Assembly (NCBI GenBank): GCA_017410245.1
Contig: JAFQRE010000042.1
Coordinates: 69,827 to 133,826, forward strand
DNA: 64,000 nucleotides
From: Bacteroidaceae bacterium
GTDB taxonomy: Bacteria; Bacteroidota; Bacteroidia; Bacteroidales; Barnesiellaceae_A
Direction of reading: 5' to 3'
The position numbers were made by a program, and so were the translations under genes. Positions within the stretch are counted from its first letter, which is position 1, and the number at the start of each line of letters is the position of its first letter. Below the pieces are notes generated by a model that was given only the letters and a program-made list of their open reading frames with translations, was not told the origin of the DNA and did no database searches. Positions 8,643-15,827 of this stretch are shown here, piece by piece.

Positions 8643-10010
8643 ATGAACAACTTACAATTTAATTCGGTAGAGAACATACCGATACTCAATGCTCAGGCAG
8701 CGTTCCAAGTAGATAGCTCGGCTGTGTTCCGTGAACAAGGCGACATAGTGCCTACGATTGTCGATGACCGCACTTCATATATGCCGTGGGGTGGCGACAA
8801 TCAAATGCCGTTCGACATTCTCAATCTCATTGAGAGTGACGAAACGCTTTCCACTTGCCAAATCTTTAATGCCGAAGTGTGTTATGGCAGTGGATTGGTG
8901 TACCAATCGGAAAACTGCTCGCCACAACACAAAGAGCAGATTGAGGATTTCTTCCTCGATAACGACATAGCGAGCTACTACCTCGGTGTGTCGCAAGACT
9001 TCAAGCACTTCGGCTTTGCTGTCTCGGTAATCATTCTCAATCCCGACGGCACAAAGATTGTTCGCTTGCTTCGCAAAGAGGCGTGCTACTGCCGTTTTGC
9101 TCCTGCAAACAATGAGGGCAAAATCGACAAAGTGCTGTATGCAAATTGGCGTAACAATATCGCAAGCCGTGAGCAGATCGAAGTAATCGAACTGCTTGAC
9201 TCGGCCTCTCCATTTGCCGACCTCAAAGCTCGGTTGGCAAAGAAGACGAAAGCACGCAAATTTGCTATCGTCAGCCGTGTGCCTACGCCCGACAGCACTT
9301 ATTATCCCATTCCTTATTACGCTTCGCTATTCAAAGGTAAATGGTATAATATCAAGCAGCTTATCGGTATGGCTAAGGAAGCAAAGCTCAAAAACTCTGC
9401 TCCCATAAAATACCAGATTGAAATCTCCAATAAGTATTGGGAATCAATCTTCAAGGCAGAGGGCATCACCGACCGACGCAAACAACAAGAGCGTATCATC
9501 AAGGAGAAGCAACAAATCCTGGACTTCCTTACCGGGGCTGAAAACGCTGGTAAGGCGTGGTTCTCCACCTTCTATGTCAATCCTAACGGCGATGTGCAAC
9601 ACGATGTGGTAATCACCAAGATTGACGATGACAAGGAAGGTGGCGATTGGTCAACGGACATTCAAGAGGCCGTGAATATGTTCTGCTTTACGATGCGTGT
9701 TCACTCTAACCTTGTCGGCTCAGTGCCGGGCAAGTCGCAGACGAACAATTCAGGCTCGGATAAGCGTGAACTATATACTATCGCTCAGGCTCTGCAAAAG
9801 CCATATCACGATATTCTGTTCGCCGTGCATCGAATTATCATTCGCTTTAACGGTTGGAAAGGTGCTTATCCCGACTGTCCGTTTATTATGCTCTCTACTC
9901 TTGATGAAAATCGTGATGCCAAATTGGTAACGTCGAGAGGCTCGACACCCAATAAAAACAATGCTAATAGTAACAATAAACCTAACGACAATGACACTGA
10001 TAAAGAATGA
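8643..10010 (+). CDS. putative portal protein (455 aa)
   Basis: Assigned by size, position and general resemblance to Bacteroidota phage portal proteins as I recall them (MPWGGDNQMP and SGSDKRELYTIAQ regions, Asn/Asp-rich tail). There is no Walker A, so it is not a terminase. Needs an HMM check. Confidence 0.45.
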   Translation: MNNLQFNSVENIPILNAQAAFQVDSSAVFREQGDIVPTIVDDRTSYMPWGGDNQMPFDILNLIESDETLSTCQIFNAEVCYGSGLVYQSENCSPQHKEQIEDFFLDNDIASYYLGVSQDFKHFGFAVSVIILNPDGTKIVRLLRKEACYCRFAPANNEGKIDKVLYANWRNNIASREQIEVIELLDSASPFADLKARLAKKTKARKFAIVSRVPTPDSTYYPIPYYASLFKGKWYNIKQLIGMAKEAKLKNSAPIKYQIEISNKYWESIFKAEGITDRRKQQERIIKEKQQILDFLTGAENAGKAWFSTFYVNPNGDVQHDVVITKIDDDKEGGDWSTDIQEAVNMFCFTMRVHSNLVGSVPGKSQTNNSGSDKRELYTIAQALQKPYHDILFAVHRIIIRFNGWKGAYPDCPFIMLSTLDENRDAKLVTSRGSTPNKNNANSNNKPNDNDTDKE

Positions 10011-10824
10011 TGAAATGCTTCGTCGCTTTATGCCGAATGTATTTGCGACTGCTAAGGGTGAAACGCCTTTATTTGACAAACTGACTCCGTGGCTCATTGC
10101 CTCGGAGCAGTGGCTGATAGAAAAGATTTGTGGCGAAGATACGCTTGTCGAAATCGTGGCTCTTGACGATATGAATGTCGTCAAAATGCTTGCTTCGCAA
10201 ATCGTGGTGTCGGACGCTGTGCGTTGTGCTGTTCCGTCACTCGACCTTGTGCTTACGCCCAATGGTTTCGGGATTGTCAGCAATACGAATGTAGCTCCGG
10301 CTTCAAAGGAGCGTGTCGAACGGCTCATGGCTTCGCTGTTAGACATGCGTGATAAGGCCGTAGAACAGTTGCTCAACCAACTTCCACAAATGCAGTCGTG
10401 GACTGCTTCGGCACAATGTAGATGGTTCACGGCTACGCTGTTCCCCAACATTGACCTTGTGTCGCTTTGTGGCTTTACTGAACATCGATGGGAGAAATAC
10501 CTTGAATTACGCTCAAAGGTCCTCGATATCGAAGACTCTCTCGCTGAAGAATATTTCTCTCACGAGTTAATGGCTGTTCTACGACAACAAGCCCTTGCTA
10601 CATCTGCGAATGAAAGTTATGCTTGGATCGTCGCACGAATGAAACCACAAATTGTGGACTTCATTCACGACAAGCCAATCAATCAACGAAAGATGATAGA
10701 CATCGTCAATTTCATTCGCAACAATCCTGAAGAGTTTCCTGAGTGGCACAACTCCGACACGGCAAAACTATTTTCGCCACCTAAGTTTGAAAACAAAAAA
10801 GAAAATAAAGGCTATTGGTTCTGA
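9991..10824 (+). CDS. phage-element protein, function unknown (start 9991 or 10015)
   Basis: Uses an internal ATG of ORF 9961..10824. In-frame ATGs are at 9991 (MTLIKNDEML) and 10015 (MLRRFMPNVFATAKGETPLFDKL). Confidence 0.55.
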   Translation: MTLIKNDEMLRRFMPNVFATAKGETPLFDKLTPWLIASEQWLIEKICGEDTLVEIVALDDMNVVKMLASQIVVSDAVRCAVPSLDLVLTPNGFGIVSNTNVAPASKERVERLMASLLDMRDKAVEQLLNQLPQMQSWTASAQCRWFTATLFPNIDLVSLCGFTEHRWEKYLELRSKVLDIEDSLAEEYFSHELMAVLRQQALATSANESYAWIVARMKPQIVDFIHDKPINQRKMIDIVNFIRNNPEEFPEWHNSDTAKLFSPPKFENKKENKGYWF

Positions 10825-11567
10825 TGAAAACAATCAATCTCATTGTGCCTCGTGGGTGGCACGAACTCGATGATAAGCAGTTGCGATACCTGTTCGGTCT
10901 GCTTGCCGATGATTACTCGTCGGCAGAAATTCGCACGCTATGCCTACTGCGTTGGTGTGGGCTAAAAGTCCTGTATCGCCAAGACAACAACTTTGTGCTG
11001 AGCTTCGGGAGTGAGGAATTTATGATTACGGTTACTGAAGTAACCGACGCTATTGAAGCCCTGAAGTGGCTTGATGAAATTCCATCGTTCCCGGTCAGAC
11101 TATCGCGCATTGGTCAATATACCGCTCTGCCGTCGGATTTCCTTTCTGTCCCATTCGAGAAGTATATCTATTGCGACAACCTCTATCAAGGCTATCTCCA
11201 TACGAAAGATGATTCTCTCATTGACGAAATAATGAAAGTACTTTATCCCGGTTGGAATTCTAAAGGACTGCCGTTAGAGAGAATTGCAACATTTTACTGG
11301 TTCGCTTCGCTCAAGCAGTATTTTGCAAAGACATTTCATCACTTCTTTCAACAGACAGGTGGCCCGGAAGCTAACTTGCTCGGCAACGCCAAAAGCATTG
11401 CTCAGCAAGTAAAGGACGCGATGAACGCTCAAATCCGTGCCTTGACCAAAGGCGATATCACAAAGGAAAAGGAAGTCTTGGCTATGGACTGCTGGCGTGC
11501 GCTGACCGAACTTGATGCTATCGCAAGAGAAACTGAAGAACTTTATCGCAAATACAATACGAAATAG
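10824..11567 (+). CDS. phage-element protein, function unknown
   Basis: ATG 10824 (MKTINLIVPRGWHELDDKQLRYLF) overlaps the upstream TGA as TGATG. Confidence 0.55.
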   Translation: MKTINLIVPRGWHELDDKQLRYLFGLLADDYSSAEIRTLCLLRWCGLKVLYRQDNNFVLSFGSEEFMITVTEVTDAIEALKWLDEIPSFPVRLSRIGQYTALPSDFLSVPFEKYIYCDNLYQGYLHTKDDSLIDEIMKVLYPGWNSKGLPLERIATFYWFASLKQYFAKTFHHFFQQTGGPEANLLGNAKSIAQQVKDAMNAQIRALTKGDITKEKEVLAMDCWRALTELDAIARETEELYRKYNTK

Positions 11568-11569
11568 AT

Positions 11570-12064
11570 ATGGAAAAGAATTTCAATTGGGACGCCGTAG
11601 GTTTCTTTGAAAACCTTACGGCTGAAAATCGACTCGCTCAAAAGGAGCAGTTCACATTCTGCCGTGTAAGTGGTCTTGACGGATTCGAGGAGATGCTTGA
11701 CAATATGCAGTCTTCGACGGCATTTGTCGCTGTGTCGGACATCGCTCAGGGATTTACCGAACTGAATAACACTCCTCGCACCCGACGAGTCAAGACTGTA
11801 TTCTTCGCTATGCGTCATAAGATTGATGATATGACGGCTCGCCAAGAATGTATGGAGATAATGCGTGAGCTGTTCCGTCAGTTTATGTCTCGCTTGATCC
11901 TTGAAAGAACAAGACTCGAACAAAACTGCATTTACCTTGACCCTCGCATATCGTTCAACGAGATTGACCGATATTTCTTTTCGGGCTGTGCTTGTTGCTA
12001 CTTCCAAGTGGCTGTTGATGTGTTTACTGATTTACGCTTAAATTCTGAAGAATGGAATCAATGA
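11570..12064 (+). CDS. phage-element protein, function unknown (164 aa)
   Basis: Starts 2 nt after the previous stop. Co-directional. Confidence 0.55.
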   Translation: MEKNFNWDAVGFFENLTAENRLAQKEQFTFCRVSGLDGFEEMLDNMQSSTAFVAVSDIAQGFTELNNTPRTRRVKTVFFAMRHKIDDMTARQECMEIMRELFRQFMSRLILERTRLEQNCIYLDPRISFNEIDRYFFSGCACCYFQVAVDVFTDLRLNSEEWNQ

Positions 12065-12480
12065 CACAACAACAGGCACAACAAGAGCGTGAGAAATATG
12101 TGCTTGCTTTCAACGACACTATGCTGAAAATTTGGCAAGAACAAATCACACTGCTCGATGTCATAGACACTCGCAGTTTGCTCCGTTCGCCAATGGCTTT
12201 GCCGGTGCGTGCTGACGGCCGATTCTTTGAAGTCGGACTCTCGCAAGCATTCCTCGAATATGGTCTTTGGCAAGACTACGGCACTGGCAAAGAAACGCCA
12301 CGAGGAAACTCCGGGGACATCGGTCGTGAAAAGAAACGCAAGCGTCGCCGGTGGTTCTCTAAGAAATACTATTCATCTGTGATGAACATTCGTGATTTCT
12401 TCGCCGATAACCTCGGTCGCGAGTTTCAAGGTATAATAGCCGATAGTTTTGATGACAAAACTTTCCGTAGAACGCATTAA
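12061..12480 (+). CDS. phage-element protein, function unknown, basic KKRKRRRW patch
   Basis: ATG 12061 overlaps the upstream TGA (ATGA). An alternative ATG is at 12052. Confidence 0.55.
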   Translation: MTQQQAQQEREKYVLAFNDTMLKIWQEQITLLDVIDTRSLLRSPMALPVRADGRFFEVGLSQAFLEYGLWQDYGTGKETPRGNSGDIGREKKRKRRRWFSKKYYSSVMNIRDFFADNLGREFQGIIADSFDDKTFRRTH

Positions 12481-12490
12481 AAATATATTT

Positions 12491-12525
12491 TAACTTTGTT
12501 CTAATTGACTTTTTATATATCTTTG
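12491..12525 (+). promoter_or_regulatory. two consecutive Bacteroides-type -7 boxes (TAACTTTG 12491-12498, TATCTTTG 12518-12525)
   Basis: Both are exact TAnnTTTG matches, immediately after the stop at 12480. Confidence 0.45.
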
Positions 12526-12689
12526 TTTCGGTATAACGAGCAGTTGAAAAATATACCCTTTCCGCGACCATACGGAAACTGCGTGAAATGTACAGTAGTG
12601 CCGCGACCATACGGACGTACAGAGTAGCTGAAGTAAAAACGAGCGTTTTAACGCACGATTGGCTCACTCTTCGGAGTGGGCTTTTTTTG
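12526..12689 (+). ncRNA. candidate small RNA or transcription-attenuating leader
   Basis: Downstream of the -7 boxes. It contains two copies of CCGCGACCATACGGA (12562-12576, 12601-12615). It ends in the hairpin GCTCACTC-ttcg-GAGTGGGC plus TTTTTTT (12662-12689). No ORF. Confidence 0.35.
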
Positions 12690-12715
12690 TCTTTTAGTGA
12701 GCGAAGTTTCTACCA

Positions 12716-12723
12716 TACTTTTG
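12716..12723 (+). promoter_or_regulatory. -7 box TACTTTTG for the gene at 12749
   Basis: TAnnTTTG match 26 nt upstream of the ATG. Confidence 0.45.
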
Positions 12724-12748
12724 CGATATAATTCTAATCTCAAATACT

Positions 12749-13927
12749 ATGATAGACATTACAAATCTCACTTCGCTTATTACTGCGTTCCGTAATGAGA
12801 CGGAACAAGGAAGTATCTCTCCCGAAACAGTCGGCTCTCTGCTACAAGCAATCGCAAACCTACTTTCGGCTGCCACCACAGAACAAGAGCAAAGCAAGTT
12901 GACAAACATCTACAACAACTTGCTGAAAATGGGTAATTGCTTGACAAACCTCGCTCAAGGTGATGCTGACCGAAATAATGTGTTGGCTGATTATGCCTTT
13001 TTCAATCCTATTTCGGGATTGCACTCGGCTCAAAGAAGCCAAGTCTTTATCAAACAAGCCACCACCGAACGAGCAGGGGCAATGAGGGCTCAACAAGTAA
13101 TTGACCTCAATGCCACCAAAAAGGGTGTGGCTGCACTTGAAGACGCTGTGGCTCAAATTAACACTCAGCTCGAAGAACTGAACAGCTATATTGAATCGAC
13201 TGACGGTGTTGTTCAATCCTTAGCCGATGATATGTATAATGCCAAGTCTAATTTGAACACGCTCAACAATCGTGTCTCGGTTGTACCCATTCCTCGTGGT
13301 AGAATCACGATTGACCCTTCAAGCATTACTTCGCCAGCCGGCAACTATTTCAAGTACAGCATGGCAGACGGCCATTATGACTTGGTGCGTGGTGGCATGC
13401 TTATCGGTCGTGCCGTTTCTTATCAATATGGCAACTTCCGAATGTTTGATGTAGTTGGACTTTGCCATATCAATTCAAACAGTTTCGTGTATCAAGATAC
13501 TCTCGCTCACATTCTTGTTCGCGTGGCTCAGAATGGGCTGATTGTTACGAACGGCACGATTGACCATGTTGATTTGCAAAACCAAATCAATGAACTCAAA
13601 TTCAAAGAACGCCCATTCTCTCAAAGTGATGGCTCGAACACTATTTCGGGCAATTGTGTCGTGCATGGCTCGTTGTGTACTATTGTCGGTCGTGCCTACA
13701 TCGACGCTGATAATGCTTCTATTTCGGCTCTATTGCCTGTCGCAGCTGCTGATGAAAAGAATCTTCCCGAAGCATTTATCTACTACGAAGATACCATGCA
13801 ATGGGTAAGAGTGTATCTTTTTACGGATGTCACAGGCACCCATATTTCCGCAACCATTCCCGAAGATTTCATGAATGGTGGCGAAGTCAATGTTTCGTTC
13901 TCTATTTCCTTCATGATTAAAGCCTAA
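12749..13927 (+). CDS. putative tail fiber / receptor-binding-like protein (392 aa)
   Basis: The N-terminal roughly 180 aa look helical or coiled-coil (AALEDAVAQINTQLEELNSYIESTDG, NLNTLNNRVS). The C-terminal half looks beta-rich. It lies immediately upstream of the lysis cassette. The assignment is positional. Confidence 0.4.
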   Translation: MIDITNLTSLITAFRNETEQGSISPETVGSLLQAIANLLSAATTEQEQSKLTNIYNNLLKMGNCLTNLAQGDADRNNVLADYAFFNPISGLHSAQRSQVFIKQATTERAGAMRAQQVIDLNATKKGVAALEDAVAQINTQLEELNSYIESTDGVVQSLADDMYNAKSNLNTLNNRVSVVPIPRGRITIDPSSITSPAGNYFKYSMADGHYDLVRGGMLIGRAVSYQYGNFRMFDVVGLCHINSNSFVYQDTLAHILVRVAQNGLIVTNGTIDHVDLQNQINELKFKERPFSQSDGSNTISGNCVVHGSLCTIVGRAYIDADNASISALLPVAAADEKNLPEAFIYYEDTMQWVRVYLFTDVTGTHISATIPEDFMNGGEVNVSFSISFMIKA

Positions 13928-13931
13928 TGCT

Positions 13932-14135
13932 ATGAAAAATCCTGCTAATAATCACCTCGTGCAACTCCTCTCGGCAATCTTAATGATCGTCATCGGGTGC
14001 AGTCTGCTTATCGCCGGCTTCGTCGTGCCACCGCTCGGTGTCATCGACTCCTCGGTTCTTATCGCATTTGGCGAAATCTTGACTTTCGTGGGTGCGCTTT
14101 TCGGTATCGATTATCATTACAAATCTAAATCTTAA
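13932..14135 (+). CDS. holin-like small membrane protein (67 aa)
   Basis: Two hydrophobic segments (LVQLLSAILMIVIGCSLLIAGFVV and VLIAFGEILTFVGALFGI) and a charged tail. It is directly upstream of the amidase. Confidence 0.55.
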   Translation: MKNPANNHLVQLLSAILMIVIGCSLLIAGFVVPPLGVIDSSVLIAFGEILTFVGALFGIDYHYKSKS

Positions 14136-14140
14136 ACGCT

Positions 14141-14551
14141 ATGAGAAACATCAATAAAATCATTGTTCATTGCTCGGCTACGCCTGAGGGCAAAGCGTTC
14201 AGCGTGGCTGATATTCGTCGTTGGCACTTGCAACGAGGATTTTCCGATATCGGTTATCACTTCGTGGTTTACCTCGATGGTTCGGTGCATGTGGGACGAC
14301 CACTTCATAAAATTGGGGCACACTGCATAGGGCAAAACAAAAACTCTGTCGGGGTGTGCTACATCGGTGGCGTTGCGACCGACGGCAAAACCCCTAAAGA
14401 CACTCGCACTGACACACAAAAGGCGTCGCTCGTGAAGCTCATTACCGAACTTCGGCAACAGTTCCCTAATGCCTCTGTACATGGTCATCGTGAATTTGCC
14501 AACAAAGCGTGTCCCTGTTTCGATGCACATAAGGAGTATAACGATTTATAA
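14141..14551 (+). CDS. N-acetylmuramoyl-L-alanine amidase (Amidase_2/PGRP, T7-lysozyme-like endolysin)
   Basis: IIVHCSATPEG, GFSDIGYHFVV, GAHCIGQNKNSVGVCYIGG and HREFANKACPCF are typical zinc-amidase motifs. Confidence 0.9.
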   Translation: MRNINKIIVHCSATPEGKAFSVADIRRWHLQRGFSDIGYHFVVYLDGSVHVGRPLHKIGAHCIGQNKNSVGVCYIGGVATDGKTPKDTRTDTQKASLVKLITELRQQFPNASVHGHREFANKACPCFDAHKEYNDL

Positions 14552-14562
14552 TCTTTTCCGTT

Positions 14563-15054
14563 ATGAGAAATCTTACAATCATCTTCTTGCTCGTGGTTCT
14601 CACTTCGTGCCACTCAAAAAAGAACATTGCAAGTTCGGGTTCGGCTAATGCCAACACAATCGCCACGACGGATATACGCGTGAGTACAAGCAAGTTGGAC
14701 TCGGCTTTCTCCTCTATGGCAATAGAGTTGGACTCTTTTGATATTACAGCCGAACCTGTGCTGATAGCCCCTTGCCCCGATAGTGTCAATACTCGCTCTG
14801 CTGTGATTGCCTATCGTTATCGCATCAAAGCCAATAGTGCCACTGTCAAGGGGGAAAAGAACGCAGTAAGTCGTGCCTTCGCCGACACACTGCAACAGGA
14901 TAGTTTAGCATCTAACTTAGTCCACTCGTCGGCAAGTTCCGAACATCGTGATACGATTTCGGTGTATAAGCCTCCCGATGCGACAATAGTAATTATAATC
15001 GCCATTGTCATTGCGATAATAATCTTCGTTATACTTTGGAAATTTCGTAAATAA
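14563..15054 (+). CDS. lipoprotein with C-terminal TM anchor (unimolecular-spanin-like)
   Basis: N-terminal signal with lipobox VVLTSC. The C-terminal hydrophobic segment is IVIIIAIVIAIIIFVILW followed by KFRK. Last gene of the lysis cassette. Confidence 0.5.
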   Translation: MRNLTIIFLLVVLTSCHSKKNIASSGSANANTIATTDIRVSTSKLDSAFSSMAIELDSFDITAEPVLIAPCPDSVNTRSAVIAYRYRIKANSATVKGEKNAVSRAFADTLQQDSLASNLVHSSASSEHRDTISVYKPPDATIVIIIAIVIAIIIFVILWKFRK

Positions 15055-15084
15055 ATTCCCTCAATATCTCTGAATGTGTGTAAG

Positions 15085-15120
15085 GTGGATTGCTCGTGAG
15101 AGTAGTCCACTTTTTGTTTT
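15085..15120 (+). terminator. rho-independent terminator with GUGA tetraloop
   Basis: GTGGATTGCTC-gtga-GAGTAGTCCAC forms 11 bp (two G-T pairs), then TTTTTGTTTT. Confidence 0.7.
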
Positions 15121-15698
15121 GGTTGGGCTTCTGCTATGGCTTGGCACTAACGAACGGCTGGGCTGTGCCACATACTTTAGGAGTGGCGTTCCCTTTGGGT
15201 TTGTCGTCTGCAACCGCCAAGGCTTATGCCTCTATTCCGTTACGCAGTGAAACCTACACAAGCTCCGGCTTCATTGCTCCTCTGCTAGACGGCATAGGTT
15301 CGCACGATTGCACTACATTCCGTAAATCAACCTTCGCTTCTCTTCGGCTTCATTACTCCTTTGCGTTTATCTCCTCACCACGCTTCGACGGTATTGACAC
15401 AAAACACTTACTCTTGCAGTACGGCTTCGCCTATTGCCTACGCACGCCAAGACAATACGCATTGCCCTTGTTAAGCCCCTAAAGGGAGTAAGGAGTGCTA
15501 TTGTTCTCGCTGAAACCACATCGTGCCTCGTGGTTTCGGCTCGCACAAAAGCGATTTTACCGCACATATTCCGATACGAAATTAAATCGGTTTTCGGTCG
15601 GGCGATTGAGGGCGGTCGGGGGGTCTTTGCAGACAGCAGTTAAAGGCAAGCCCTTAACAATCCCTTTAATTAGCTCGATACGAGCTAATTAACTTTTT
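15121..15698 (+). ncRNA. candidate large structured ncRNA (about 580 nt) between two terminators
   Basis: No credible ORF. Several hairpins are visible by eye, for example GAAACCAC-n9-GTGGTTTC at 15512-15537 and AATCG-n13-CGATT. It is closed by a perfect 12-bp hairpin terminator. No own promoter was found. Confidence 0.35.
15666..15698 (+). terminator. rho-independent terminator (perfect 12-bp stem)
   Basis: TTAATTAGCTCG-ata-CGAGCTAATTAA followed by CTTTTT. Confidence 0.7.
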
Positions 15699-15796
15699 CA
15701 AGCCTTTACAATGCGTGAACTTTTGTAAAAATCGGTGCTTGAAAATGTGTGTAATCTCTCTGTAAATCTGTCTTTTATGTAGCCATATTTTCAGCC

Positions 15797-15804
15797 TAAT
15801 TTTG
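15797..15804 (+). promoter_or_regulatory. -7 box TAATTTTG for the tape measure gene
   Basis: TAnnTTTG match 24 nt upstream of ATG 15828. Confidence 0.45.
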
Positions 15805-15827
15805 ACTAAACTTTTAATCAAAATACT

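Noticed and set aside
15090-15482. 130-aa + strand ORF in the TMP-upstream gap
   Set aside because: It starts at TTG inside the terminator stem and has no RBS or promoter context. It has very few charged residues. The open frame is explained by the pyrimidine-rich sequence, which lacks stop codons.
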